DNA of 64,000 nt, from sequence record OQ992561.1. One strand, written 5' to 3'. Position numbers and translations under genes: made by a program. This document shows, one piece after another, positions 1-9,874 of the stretch. Numbering within the stretch: position 1 is the first letter of the stretch; every line of letters starts with the position of its first letter. Below the pieces are notes generated by a model, which was given only the letters and a program-made list of their open reading frames with translations, did no database searches and was not told where the DNA came from.

Positions 1-224
1 AATGGTTGAAGCTTGCAGATCATGCACTGATTCTTACTAAGCCCGAGAAAGAGCCTATTGTCATCCCGTACGAGGCTATATGCGAACTATCGACACCACT
101 GAAATTCGAAGAGGAACTTGTGAGCAAAGGTTGGTTTGTATACAATTTGCTGGGTACATCGATGTTCATGTATCTGGACACAGGTAAAGAAGAAAAACTC
201 AAATTTGAAAAGGTTGGTGGATAA
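1..224 (+). CDS. hypothetical protein, probably 5'-partial
   Basis: Open frame from window edge; stop overlaps next ATG (TAATG). Confidence 0.6.
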   Translation, partial: WLKLADHALILTKPEKEPIVIPYEAICELSTPLKFEEELVSKGWFVYNLLGTSMFMYLDTGKEEKLKFEKVGG

Positions 225-1042
225 TGGATCCACGGCATCCAGTTAGCGACGAAATGCGCGCAATCATCGATACTGAACTTAATCGCATCGAGAAGAAGTA
301 TGGTGTAAAAGTCATCTATGCCTGTGAATCAGGTAGTCGTGGGTGGGGCTTTGCTTCAACCAATAGTGACTATGACGTTCGTTTCATTTACGTTAACCAT
401 CCGAGTCATTATGTTCGTGTGGATAATGAAGCACGTGATACTATTGAAGAGATGGTGTCTAAAGAACTAGACCTAGCTGGTTGGAGTATCACTAAGACTC
501 TTCAGCTTGCTTACAAGTCTAACCCCACTCTCTTGGAATGGCTAAACTCCCCAATCGTTTACCGTAAGGTTGATCGGGACTACAAGTTAATCCGTGATGC
601 TGCGCTAAAGCACTTCATCCCTGAATCGAGTTACATGCACTATATCTCGATGGCCAAACAAACCAAAATGCGTTGGTTGTCAGATGAGAAGATCCGGATG
701 AAGAAATACTTCTACTCTCTTCGTCCTCTGTTGGCTGCAATGTGGGTCCGTGAAAGTCTGGAACATCCGCCGATGGTATTCCATGACCTACTGCCTCTTC
801 TGTCAGATCCTATCCTTTATAAACGTATCCAAGAACTGGTTAATGATAAGGTTGGGTCTATTGAACAGGATCTGATAGATCGTTGCCCTATATTAGATCA
901 GTTCATCGATTTTCAATTGAGTCGTGAGAAACCAGACTTCGGTAAATATGAACGTCCGGACATCTATGCACTTACCGATCTAGCCTGGCATTTTGTTGAC
1001 AAGTACAAGCTCGACACATTCTCGAAACTACAGTGTATATAA
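224..1042 (+). CDS. RlaP/YcgL-family nucleotidyltransferase (Pol-beta superfamily)
   Basis: ESGSRGWGFASTNSDYDVRF motif (GS..DxD), later ELDLAGW, NPTLLEWL, KKYFYSLRPLLA. Confidence 0.85.
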   Translation: MDPRHPVSDEMRAIIDTELNRIEKKYGVKVIYACESGSRGWGFASTNSDYDVRFIYVNHPSHYVRVDNEARDTIEEMVSKELDLAGWSITKTLQLAYKSNPTLLEWLNSPIVYRKVDRDYKLIRDAALKHFIPESSYMHYISMAKQTKMRWLSDEKIRMKKYFYSLRPLLAAMWVRESLEHPPMVFHDLLPLLSDPILYKRIQELVNDKVGSIEQDLIDRCPILDQFIDFQLSREKPDFGKYERPDIYALTDLAWHFVDKYKLDTFSKLQCI

Positions 1043-1106
1043 CAAAGAAAATATTAGTAAATAAAGAAAAAAGTTTAATACTATCTTATTAAAAGGAAAA
1101 TATTTT

Positions 1107-1607
1107 ATGCTATTTAAAGATGAACTATGTATCGAAAATATCTTAGTAAAAGAAAAACTATACCTAGTTAGAAATATTGGTAGGAATCGTGAGGTATATC
1201 CTAATCCAAAAGTAACATATAAAGATATTAAGGAATTCGCTAAAATGTATGGTGTGATTCCAATGCAATTCTTAGGGCCGCTACTTCATGAAATCGTTGA
1301 ACGAGAAGATTTCGCCTTAAAAGGAAAAGAAGCACAGAAATTCATTGATGATAATCCTTATACTTTAATTGAATATGGTAGCAGTTTTCATATTTACTAC
1401 ATTATTCGTAATTATATTATCCCAACTACTACTGATCCAGATTGTAATAAATTCACTATTAATCTTTATAAGTATAAAGAATTTCTAGAAGAGGTTACTA
1501 ATAGGTTAAACATGCCACCTTTTTTGGACACCAGTGAACCTTATCGTAATTTCTTACTGACAATGCAAGAAAGTCTACGTACCATCCAGGATATTGTGGA
1601 AAATTAA
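1107..1607 (+). CDS. hypothetical protein
   Basis: 166-aa ORF, AAGGA RBS. Confidence 0.75.
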   Translation: MLFKDELCIENILVKEKLYLVRNIGRNREVYPNPKVTYKDIKEFAKMYGVIPMQFLGPLLHEIVEREDFALKGKEAQKFIDDNPYTLIEYGSSFHIYYIIRNYIIPTTTDPDCNKFTINLYKYKEFLEEVTNRLNMPPFLDTSEPYRNFLLTMQESLRTIQDIVEN

Positions 1608-1706
1608 TGAAGTTTAGAATGTTAAAAGTTAATGTATTAAATTTACTCTACTACATACTTTACCCTACTCCATATTGGGGTAGGGGTATTAAGGTGGAGT
1701 ATAAAT

Positions 1707-2000
1707 ATGTCAAGCAACAAACTATCTGCACAACTTAATCGTCATCACAATACTCGTATAGTTAATTATTATGTTTCACTAGCCGAGAGTCGTTATAATG
1801 ACACTAATCCTTCAGCAAAGGCTAAAGGTAAATGGCGTAAACATAATCCGTTTAACTGCGGTAGGTCTCGTTGTATGCTATGTGGTAATCCGCGTAAACA
1901 TTGGAATAGGATTACTCTTAATGAATTAAAAATAAATATTTCATTAAAAGAGCAACTCAATGATCTTTATGTAGATTATACTACGCTGACTGAGGATTAA
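1707..2000 (+). CDS. small basic Cys-motif phage protein
   Basis: CGRSRCMLCGNPRK motif; GGAG RBS. Confidence 0.7.
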   Translation: MSSNKLSAQLNRHHNTRIVNYYVSLAESRYNDTNPSAKAKGKWRKHNPFNCGRSRCMLCGNPRKHWNRITLNELKINISLKEQLNDLYVDYTTLTED

Positions 2001-2071
2001 ATTATGCATGAAGAATATGAAGCAATTTAATAGTTTAGATTAACCATTCGAAATAAATTTGGAATTAGCAA

Positions 2072-2194
2072 ATGAAAGTTAAAAATAAGCAACAGCCTAA
2101 GTTTGTCAATCTAGCTACTATGCAAGCTGCTTGGCGGCTTAATAACGCAGAACTCAAAGCTAAACGTGAAGCTAAAGAGAAACAAAAAGAGTAA
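2072..2194 (+). CDS. small basic protein (40 aa), not in ORF track
   Basis: MKVKNKQQPKF...KEKQKE*, followed by hairpin terminator. Confidence 0.5.
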   Translation: MKVKNKQQPKFVNLATMQAAWRLNNAELKAKREAKEKQKE

Positions 2195-2210
2195 AACTAT
2201 TTAGTTGCAT

Positions 2211-2239
2211 AAAGAGAGAGGAATTTATCCTCTCTCTTT
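2211..2239 (+). terminator. intrinsic terminator hairpin
   Basis: AAAGAGAGAGGA-ATTTA-TCCTCTCTCTTT. Confidence 0.75.
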
Positions 2240-2380
2240 TTATGCTGTTTTATAATTTGTAGACTACAGGTATATTTCAATATGGAATCTTATTTACACG
2301 TACCATTCTAGATAGAAATATCCTAACTGATATGTTTGTTCTTTATTCTCGGATCACTGAACCTAAAGAGGATTTTTAAG

Positions 2381-2863
2381 ATGGTTGAGCATTTAAATAA
2401 AGATAACTTCTTTTCATGGGGTGCTGTAGTAGGTGGTGCGCTATTACAGTATTTTGAAAATGGTAAACTTGAAGGTGGGTATGATATATTTAAATTCAGT
2501 GATGACGCCAACGGCCTAGTTATTACAGGTGGTATAACGCATCGAAAAAATATCGGGATCCTGAGTGGTCAAGGCGATGATGAAGATCTATTTTTAGTAT
2601 TTGTCATAAGTAATACCAATAGTCCATATGTCGTATGGTATTATGATATTTATAAAGATAATGAAGGTATTTGTTTTACAAATGCTTCACCTATCAGTGG
2701 TCGTATTTTTAAATCAGATACTGATGAAAATAATGACCTGTCGATAAGTCAATTACTTAAAGTAGTTAAATACTTAGTAGATGAACGAGTTCGTTTAAAT
2801 AAAAATATAGTTAATTCACCAGGTCATGAAATCATTGAAGAAGATAAAGACTTTCAACTATAA
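2381..2863 (+). CDS. hypothetical protein
   Basis: ATG at 2381 with GAGGA RBS preferred over the ORF-track start at 2336. Confidence 0.7.
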   Translation: MVEHLNKDNFFSWGAVVGGALLQYFENGKLEGGYDIFKFSDDANGLVITGGITHRKNIGILSGQGDDEDLFLVFVISNTNSPYVVWYYDIYKDNEGICFTNASPISGRIFKSDTDENNDLSISQLLKVVKYLVDERVRLNKNIVNSPGHEIIEEDKDFQL

Positions 2864-2891
2864 TAAGTCTTTTACAAAGTCACCATAAAGT

Positions 2892-2907
2892 CCTCCCTTC
2901 GGGGAGG
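2892..2907 (+). terminator. UUCG hairpin terminator (repeat family)
   Basis: CCTCCC-TTCG-GGGAGG then T-rich tract. Confidence 0.8.
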
Positions 2908-2927
2908 CTTTATATTTTATTTTTTTG

Positions 2928-2966
2928 TATTCAAACATATTTAAACAGTATATTACTAATGTGAAT
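2928..2966 (+). promoter_or_regulatory. phiKZ-type early promoter
   Basis: TATTCAAACATATTTAAACAG-TATATTAC-TAATGTGAAT; core at 2949-2956. Confidence 0.8.
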
Positions 2967-2992
2967 TCAATCTTGAAAAAAGGAGATATGTC

Positions 2993-3322
2993 ATGAATAT
3001 GTCAACTATTTCCACTGGTGTTCTGGTGCTTGGTGGTATTGCATTTGGTTACCATCTCTTTGATGGGGCACGTTCCATTTATAAAGAATGGTCGATGGAA
3101 TACATTTACAAAAAGCAAATGGCTAAGGTAAAGGAGCAGCTTACCGAATATGAAAACAAGTATGTTGAGATTCCATCAATAGCTGAAATAAATATCTATA
3201 TCGAACCAGTTCTAACTGAAGCTTTAAATAAACTTGATCGGTATAGTTACAACTGCTTCTTACATGATGTCGAACAGTACATCGAGTTTATTATTGATAA
3301 TTATCGTGTAGTTAATCGATAA
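2993..3322 (+). CDS. early membrane-anchored protein (gp241-like by position)
   Basis: N-terminal hydrophobic segment, AAGGAG RBS, own promoter and terminator. Confidence 0.75.
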   Translation: MNMSTISTGVLVLGGIAFGYHLFDGARSIYKEWSMEYIYKKQMAKVKEQLTEYENKYVEIPSIAEINIYIEPVLTEALNKLDRYSYNCFLHDVEQYIEFIIDNYRVVNR

Positions 3323-3334
3323 TAAGAGCATATG

Positions 3335-3354
3335 GCCCTCCCTTCGGGGAGGGC
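3335..3354 (+). terminator. UUCG hairpin terminator (repeat family)
   Basis: GCCCTCCC-TTCG-GGGAGGGC. Confidence 0.75.
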
Positions 3355-3371
3355 TATTGCACTAAATTTTA

Positions 3372-3400
3372 TTTGAGATATATATTACATGTGTGTATTA
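3372..3400 (+). promoter_or_regulatory. early promoter
   Basis: TATATTAC at 3381-3388, intergenic. Confidence 0.7.
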
Positions 3401-3433
3401 CAAAATCAAATTAATGTGTCGAGGTTTTAATAG

Positions 3434-3871
3434 ATGGACGTAGTTACTAACATTTGGGAGGACGTTCTTACGAACGTGCATCACAAACTAAAGGTAATGG
3501 CCACTACTGCTGGCGATGTCATTCATATAGTGGAACCCAAATTAAATGAAATGATTAAATCGAATATTAATCAACTACAGACAGAAAGGTATAGTCTTAG
3601 TTTAAACAAAACTAAAGACAATAAATACTACGCAAAATACCATGATAATCATCATGGCTGGGATGTTTATTTATTTGTTGAACAAACTAGGTATGGGGCT
3701 ATTGTTGGTAGTGGATTACGCCATCGTGCTAAAGAAGCTTGGGGTCTTAATAAATTCAGAGAATATAATCTTATCAAAGTAAGGTGTACTCGACAAAATA
3801 GTGTTGTTGATAGTATTGTCTTCTTCGACGATCCATCTGAATATTTTCTTAGAACTGTAAATAAATTTTAA
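3434..3871 (+). CDS. hypothetical protein
   Basis: 145-aa ORF, GAGG RBS. Confidence 0.75.
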   Translation: MDVVTNIWEDVLTNVHHKLKVMATTAGDVIHIVEPKLNEMIKSNINQLQTERYSLSLNKTKDNKYYAKYHDNHHGWDVYLFVEQTRYGAIVGSGLRHRAKEAWGLNKFREYNLIKVRCTRQNSVVDSIVFFDDPSEYFLRTVNKF

Positions 3872-3891
3872 ATTAACTAAAAGGTAAAAAA

Positions 3892-4791
3892 ATGAATAAT
3901 CTACAAGTTAATACCACTATTAAAGAATTACATAAACTTCTAATCTGTAATATTATTGATGGTAAACTAATTGAATATAATGACATTGTGAAAGAACTGA
4001 AAATTACTAATGATGAATTAGATAATCTACTAATAGCTATTTCAAAGCTATCTGATACACCAATTAATAATATCTTTAAATCACTTTCACTAGCAATTGA
4101 TCTACGTACAATTACATCCGTCATTGAAAAACTTAGTAATTCTACGAAACTATCTAAAAAAGAAATCCAGCTAGATCTGTTAACTAGGTTAGGAATAAAA
4201 GATAATTATTTTTCGAATAGTTTTACTAATGTGTATCATGAACTAAGTGATATTATCAAAAAGCTTGAATATAGTGATAAACTATATCAATCAGATTATC
4301 AAAACTTTATTATTGATAAAGTAACTAGTCATTTTAAAGATGTATTATATTCAGCTGGTTATGCAATCAATGATATTTATAAGTACACTGATTCTAAAGT
4401 AGTTAATGTAGATAAAAATGGACTATTGGTAGGTATGAGTATTACCAATTATAGCTTCCATAATAAGGATGAACCAATTAGGACTATTGGTTTTTCATTA
4501 ATTGATAAAACCGAGCGTTGTGTTGGAAAATCTGAAACTATTAAAAAGTTTGATGTTGAAGATTTTCTTAATACAATGGATACTATCAATATTAATCATA
4601 ATGATATTATGTTTTTCTCAAAGCAGTATCGAGAAAAAGACTTAGCCATTCATAATGCGATCATGAATGAATTTAAGGTGAACAAGATTTCAAATGATAC
4701 ACGTGATAATATAATATCTTATCATATTGCCATGATGGGACATAACTGTATTATCTCATTTAATCACAGTGGGCTCCTATTAAAAATTTAA
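3892..4791 (+). CDS. hypothetical protein (very AT-rich)
   Basis: 299-aa ORF, AAGG RBS. Confidence 0.75.
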
Positions 4792-4848
4792 TAGAATATT
4801 AATTAAAAATCATCTTATGTAGTCAATCTAATTAAGGAAACAAAAAGA

Positions 4849-5205
4849 ATGCCAACTTATATTGAATTAATCAATATTGTCAATGACGATACTCCTGAAG
4901 ATGATGCAGTTATTAGTGATCTGATGAGCCAAATGAATGATAAACAAACTGTTCTTGACAGTTGTCGTATCAATCATAAAGGATATGCTTATTTCAAGTT
5001 CCATGTTAAGGGATCAATTAGTAAGGATAAACTTAAGGCTCTAAATGAAACTTTAAAAGATTCTAATCTTGTTGTGACTGATGCTAGTGCACAACGTGGC
5101 TTCATGCCACCTAATAAGTTTGATGATATCACTTATACTGAAGAGAGTGTTGGTTATAGGGCAATGGTCTGGACAAGCTTCACTATTGAAAAGCTACTTG
5201 TATAA
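4849..5205 (+). CDS. probable small virion protein (gp244-like by position)
   Basis: TATGTAG late-type motif at 4816 upstream and own terminator; identity inferred from gene order only. Confidence 0.45.
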   Translation: MPTYIELINIVNDDTPEDDAVISDLMSQMNDKQTVLDSCRINHKGYAYFKFHVKGSISKDKLKALNETLKDSNLVVTDASAQRGFMPPNKFDDITYTEESVGYRAMVWTSFTIEKLLV

Positions 5206-5207
5206 TA

Positions 5208-5225
5208 AGAGCCCTTCGGGGCTCT
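5208..5225 (+). terminator. UUCG hairpin terminator
   Basis: AGAGCCC-TTCG-GGGCTCT-TTCT. Confidence 0.75.
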
Positions 5226-5255
5226 TTCTATTTCGTAATTAGGTATCTGTATTAA

Positions 5256-5690
5256 ATGGATAAGTATCCTATTCTACACGCCATGTCTAAAGAAGAGGCA
5301 TTTAGACTTTTAGACATACAAGGTGAGTTTAGAAAAACTCAAATGAAGGAAAGGTATTGGAATGAGGAAACTGGTCTATGGTGGTGGGAACAACATCCCG
5401 ATGTGAAATTAAGGATAGTTGCTGCATGTAATAGATGGAAGGATGTTTATTTTATTGCGGCGAGACATTCATCAATCCTAATGACACAACAGCAGCTAAT
5501 GTATGGTGGTCTTAAGGTATTGCATGAATATGCAGGTGATGATCATGAACAAGGTTTCATTGATCAATATGAGAATTTCTACACTAGAGAAGAGGCAGCA
5601 GTTGTTGCAAAGAATAATAATCAGTTATATCGAGCTGAATTAGAAAATAGGTTAGTAACTAAATATTTATTTAGTGAAGACCTATATTAG
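5256..5690 (+). CDS. conserved phage protein (QGF...FYTREEA...LFSEDLY family)
   Basis: IVAAC..ARH..QGFIDQY..FYTREEA..LFSEDLY pattern common in phages. Confidence 0.75.
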   Translation: MDKYPILHAMSKEEAFRLLDIQGEFRKTQMKERYWNEETGLWWWEQHPDVKLRIVAACNRWKDVYFIAARHSSILMTQQQLMYGGLKVLHEYAGDDHEQGFIDQYENFYTREEAAVVAKNNNQLYRAELENRLVTKYLFSEDLY

Positions 5691-5720
5691 GTTTCCAATA
5701 ATTTAAATAGGAATATAGCT

Positions 5721-6377
5721 ATGCTAATGAATGAAATTATCGATATTCTAGAAGGAGGGAAAGAGAATATTCTCTTAACTAACCATCTAGGTAATGGCAA
5801 ATATTCCAATGCGGGTAATGCAATGGCTGCATCATATGCCATTGCGGCACATACTGCTGTTGGTCAATTGCGAGATGGTTCAGGAAAACCTTACTGGCAT
5901 CATTTATTACAAGTAGCTGAGATGGCGCAATTATTCGACCTATCTCACGCTGCTTATAAAGCAGCATGGTTACATGATGTAATTGAGGATACTGCTGTAA
6001 CTGCTTCTGATCTAACTAAACTATTCTCAATCCCTGTTGTTAATTTAGTAACTGAACTAACAAATGTAACTTACGAAGGTAATCGTAAAACTAGGATTAG
6101 TTTACAACATGAAAGACTTTCTCGCATTTCATGGAGTGGTCAATCTCTTAAGTTACTAGATTCCATTTCAAACATGTGGTCGATTGTTAATGATAAGCCT
6201 GATTTTGCTGAACTGTATCTGACTGAGAAAGCTCAACTAATCAGTAAGTTAAATAATTGTCACCCCGCTATTAAAGATCTGGCTATATCTGTTCTCTATG
6301 GCAGGTGTACTATGGTTGGTGGGGATGCACTAAAAGAATATAATAAACTATTTTCTGATAATGAAATTGTATGTTAA
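5721..6377 (+). CDS. HD-domain (p)ppGpp hydrolase-like protein (SpoT/Mesh1-type small alarmone hydrolase)
   Basis: AH..Q.R.GSGKPY..HL..V, AAWLHDVIEDT, KLLDSISN. Confidence 0.8.
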   Translation: MLMNEIIDILEGGKENILLTNHLGNGKYSNAGNAMAASYAIAAHTAVGQLRDGSGKPYWHHLLQVAEMAQLFDLSHAAYKAAWLHDVIEDTAVTASDLTKLFSIPVVNLVTELTNVTYEGNRKTRISLQHERLSRISWSGQSLKLLDSISNMWSIVNDKPDFAELYLTEKAQLISKLNNCHPAIKDLAISVLYGRCTMVGGDALKEYNKLFSDNEIVC

Positions 6378-6395
6378 AATAATTACTTAATATAC

Positions 6396-6415
6396 ACCCT
6401 CCCTTCGGGGAGGGT
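6396..6415 (+). terminator. UUCG hairpin terminator (repeat family)
   Basis: ACCCTCCC-TTCG-GGGAGGGT-TTTAT. Confidence 0.8.
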
Positions 6416-6433
6416 TTTATTTATCTTTTTTTG

Positions 6434-6474
6434 TATTTAAACTATTTAAAAAGCTATATTACAAATATGAATTT
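6434..6474 (+). promoter_or_regulatory. early promoter
   Basis: TATTTAAACTATTTAAAAAGC-TATATTAC-AAATATGAAT; core at 6455-6462. Confidence 0.8.
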
Positions 6475-6495
6475 AATAACCAAGAGGGCAATACA

Positions 6496-6759
6496 ATGAC
6501 TGAACGTTTGAAATCCGTATGGTGCGCTTGCAGCTTACTGCGTGAACGCTGGAGACACATCCAAGACATTGCTGTCGGGGATGAACATCATGTCATAGTA
6601 AAAAACGATATGCTGATGGTGTTTCGTGGTCAAGTACCGGTAGGTAGCATGTACCGGGGTGACAGTGACCCACTCATCTACGAGGGTGGTGCACTGGAAG
6701 AATTTACTAAAGTTGTATTGGATTTAGAATTCAATACTCGTGGTGAAACCAATAGTTAA
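6496..6759 (+). CDS. hypothetical early protein
   Basis: 87-aa ORF, GAGGG RBS. Confidence 0.7.
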   Translation: MTERLKSVWCACSLLRERWRHIQDIAVGDEHHVIVKNDMLMVFRGQVPVGSMYRGDSDPLIYEGGALEEFTKVVLDLEFNTRGETNS

Positions 6760-6785
6760 TAAAATTAATTTTGAGGTAATTCATT

Positions 6786-7193
6786 ATGAAATATGTAATT
6801 GCATTTATGTTGTCTATTGTAACTATCACTGCTAACTCGGCTGTCATGTACACTAATCGTGATTCATGCATCGAGTTTGTAAAACAGGCAGATGAATTGT
6901 TTGTAAAAGGTGCATCTGTAACTGAAGTGCAAATGAAGACTTATGAAAGGATTCATTATATCCTTAATAACACTAAAGATCTAAAGACCAACCAGTCTAA
7001 AGTTGAAGAACTCACTGGTCTATTTTACCTATGGTCTAAGGTAGATAAAATGGCAATTGAGGCAAGTTTGCCACGTGCAACAAATGCTGCTAAAGTCTAT
7101 AAGACCACTCCTGAGAAATTCATCATTGATGGTTATTTCCAGCGTTGTGTAGCGGCAGGTGCGTTTGAAGCAAAACCACTTACTCTAAAATAA
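6786..7193 (+). CDS. secreted Cys-pair paralog A
   Basis: Signal peptide ending ANSA; only two Cys (DSCIE, QRCVA). Confidence 0.75.
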   Translation: MKYVIAFMLSIVTITANSAVMYTNRDSCIEFVKQADELFVKGASVTEVQMKTYERIHYILNNTKDLKTNQSKVEELTGLFYLWSKVDKMAIEASLPRATNAAKVYKTTPEKFIIDGYFQRCVAAGAFEAKPLTLK

Positions 7194-7205
7194 TGGAGGT
7201 ACAAC

Positions 7206-7565
7206 ATGCTTAAGAATTGGCTATTATTCCTTTTCCTGCCAATCCTGTCCATTGCATGTCAGCCTGCCCACGCTGTAGAAGTGGGTATTACTAAGAAATC
7301 ATGTAATGTGGCAGTAAATCTTTCACAAAAAGCAACTGAGCTTTATGATAAGAACCTATCCCAATTTGAGATAATGATGCAGTTAGACATGATCTCTCGT
7401 AAGGATATGGATGACTTGGAGTTCTATGCAGGTGCGGTATATGCCAAGTTAAACTTAGTTGATATTCGAGTAAATAAACGAAAAGGATTTACCAATGGAG
7501 CTATCCTAGATAGGTTAGCTGAAAATTGTGTTGAAGCAATTGGTACTAAATTTAACTTGGAGTAG
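7206..7565 (+). CDS. secreted Cys-pair paralog B
   Basis: Signal peptide ending AHA; KSCNV...ENCVEAIGTKF. Confidence 0.75.
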   Translation: MLKNWLLFLFLPILSIACQPAHAVEVGITKKSCNVAVNLSQKATELYDKNLSQFEIMMQLDMISRKDMDDLEFYAGAVYAKLNLVDIRVNKRKGFTNGAILDRLAENCVEAIGTKFNLE

Positions 7566-7568
7566 ACT

Positions 7569-8363
7569 ATGATTAGTATCTATATTGTCATTATGCTCAT
7601 GGCTATGCTAGCTGCATTGACATGTGGTAATTTGGTAGATAGTTGGGTAAGGCCAGCTATTCTAAAATGGTTGAATGATGATGTTGCTATTCATTTCACC
7701 AAGGCCACCTGGATGGTTGGGGGAATCCCTAATGATGTTCCAGTGCAACTAGGTAAAGCTGTTTGGTTACCCAAATACGTGGGTGATGGAATACGTCTTT
7801 ACATTACGGCTGATGAAATAAAATTTGGATGGAATGGTAAAGAAAAAGATGCTTTAGCACGAGCCATTGTTGAAGTTATCTTTATCGGTAAGAATCCAAA
7901 TAGTAAACTTCTTGAAGTAAGTATTAAACCTATTTGGTTACACCCTTCTATCCAAAAAGAAAGTTTCTATTTAATGTTTGATTGGGAAAAGCTTTATACA
8001 AAAAATGAAGAGATGCGTATTTGTTGGAAGACAATACGTCACACTTTTTTCTATGGATTCCTAGGTTTGCTATTTGGCGGTAGTGCCAATGCAGATAACC
8101 TTGTATTAACTGAACGTGGATGTGATCAATATGAAGCAATGGTGAGAACTATTGCATCTAAAGCTTATATTGGATTAGATCCAGTTATGGGTAGGGAATT
8201 CATTATTAATGATCCTGATATGTTAAATGCCCGTGAGAAAGCACAACGTAATACCCGTATCATTATCGATATGGTGGAAACTGGACAAGAACCCAAAGAC
8301 ATTGCATTATGGATGAATACTCAATGTAAACAAGAAGCAGTGTCAAATTTAATAAAACAGTAA
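7569..8363 (+). CDS. membrane protein fused to secreted Cys-pair paralog C
   Basis: N-terminal TM; internal signal-like FFYGFLGLLFGGSANA followed by RGCDQ...TQCKQ. Confidence 0.65.
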   Translation: MISIYIVIMLMAMLAALTCGNLVDSWVRPAILKWLNDDVAIHFTKATWMVGGIPNDVPVQLGKAVWLPKYVGDGIRLYITADEIKFGWNGKEKDALARAIVEVIFIGKNPNSKLLEVSIKPIWLHPSIQKESFYLMFDWEKLYTKNEEMRICWKTIRHTFFYGFLGLLFGGSANADNLVLTERGCDQYEAMVRTIASKAYIGLDPVMGREFIINDPDMLNAREKAQRNTRIIIDMVETGQEPKDIALWMNTQCKQEAVSNLIKQ

Positions 8364-8376
8364 AAAAGGCATAGAT

Positions 8377-8760
8377 ATGAAAAGAAATTTTGAAGATGAT
8401 CACGTGGTAATGGCAGTGGAAGTATATGAGAAACTGAAAGAAGCTGCTGCTTATTCATTACACTCTTCTGAAATTAGTAAGATCGAACGACATATGCGTA
8501 AGTTTAATCGTGTTCAACGCGATAAACATATTGAAAATATGCATATGGAAATGCTTGAGAAACGCGAGGCTATTAGAAAAGCAAAATCTTTCTTTTCTCA
8601 AAATGCCGGTAAAATTGGTTGCGTAGTAGATAGGCTTGTCAAAGTATGTGAAGTGTATAAAATGGATAAGTCTATGGTGGTTGTTGAGTTTCTCCAACAT
8701 AAATCTAAAATTAAAGTTCCAGTAAATCCTGAAAAAATTACTATTCTTACCATTAAATAA
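8377..8760 (+). CDS. hypothetical protein
   Basis: 127-aa ORF, AAGG RBS. Confidence 0.7.
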   Translation: MKRNFEDDHVVMAVEVYEKLKEAAAYSLHSSEISKIERHMRKFNRVQRDKHIENMHMEMLEKREAIRKAKSFFSQNAGKIGCVVDRLVKVCEVYKMDKSMVVVEFLQHKSKIKVPVNPEKITILTIK

Positions 8761-8777
8761 ATGAAGAAGGATTTAAA

Positions 8778-9233
8778 ATGAAAAATGTAATTGCAGCAGC
8801 TTTCGCTGGTCTCATTGCCATTACCGGTATCATGTTCAATACCGCAATGGCTGAAATCAAGATTGGTAAAAAAGATGCTCAACTCACTGTGCAGTCGTGT
8901 GCAATGGTTGAAACCATTACTAAACAAGCTGTATTTCGAATGAGTGAAGGTCATAGCGCAGATGAAGTTGGTGTGCTTATGCTCAACAACTCTGCTAAAC
9001 TCAAAGATGAGTTGGATACCAATAATTGGATTGCGTTAACATTCGTATTCAATAGTCTTAATAAAATCAATAATGACCTTAACAGTAAAGAGATCCATGA
9101 TTATATCCGTAGTCAAGGTTACAATGTGACTACTCCTAATCTGGCAGCTTTTATCAGCGGGTATTATGGCAATTACTGCATGAAGCATATTGGTGAGAAA
9201 TTCACTCACATGGTAATTGTTGAACTTATTTAA
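8778..9233 (+). CDS. secreted Cys-pair paralog D
   Basis: Signal peptide ending AMA; QSCAM...NYCMKHIGEKF. Confidence 0.75.
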   Translation: MKNVIAAAFAGLIAITGIMFNTAMAEIKIGKKDAQLTVQSCAMVETITKQAVFRMSEGHSADEVGVLMLNNSAKLKDELDTNNWIALTFVFNSLNKINNDLNSKEIHDYIRSQGYNVTTPNLAAFISGYYGNYCMKHIGEKFTHMVIVELI

Positions 9234-9265
9234 TTCATATCGAATACTTTCAAAAGGAAAATAGG

Positions 9266-9643
9266 ATGAAATACGTCTTCTCGCTCATTATCACTATGGT
9301 AGCAATGTCGGTTAATGCACAACCCGTAACCGTGTCATCTTGCTACGTGCTGCACAGCTTGGCAAAGAATATGGTTCAATTCTACACTAATGGCGGTGAG
9401 CCATTGGAGATGTATGCAATACTGCAAGATGAACTATCCATTGCCATAGATAAAAACCAGAGTGATAAGGCACTCGCTATTAATATCGCATTGGATAATG
9501 TCGATGTAATATACCAAAATCTCACTGATCCCGCACTTAAGCTTTTGGCAAAGAGCGAGGGAAGTGATCTTGGTGAGATGCTGACTGAAAAACTCAGTAA
9601 TGGGTGTTTCAATATAGTCGGCGAGGAGTTGTATGATAACTAG
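9266..9643 (+). CDS. secreted Cys-pair paralog E
   Basis: Signal peptide ending VNA; SSCYV...NGCFNIVGEEL. Confidence 0.75.
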   Translation: MKYVFSLIITMVAMSVNAQPVTVSSCYVLHSLAKNMVQFYTNGGEPLEMYAILQDELSIAIDKNQSDKALAINIALDNVDVIYQNLTDPALKLLAKSEGSDLGEMLTEKLSNGCFNIVGEELYDN

Positions 9644-9872
9644 AATCATCCTAATTGTTGCATGGGTATGGGTAATCTCTCTTATGGGAATGATTACGTA
9701 TGTTCTTTATGATACGTATCAATTTCGTAAGAAATTAGAAATGCCTGTTGTAGAATGGGAAGATAAGGCGAAGGACACTCCTGTTAAGAAGTGTCCAGAT
9801 GAAGTATTATTCGCTGAAGACCCAAAGGATGGCAAACTCAAAATGGGATGCCCTGAGAGTTATAAGAAATAA
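9633..9872 (+). CDS. small single-TM protein with Cys pair
   Basis: N-terminal TM; KKCP...GCP. Confidence 0.7.
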   Translation: MITRIILIVAWVWVISLMGMITYVLYDTYQFRKKLEMPVVEWEDKAKDTPVKKCPDEVLFAEDPKDGKLKMGCPESYKK

Positions 9873-9874
9873 TT

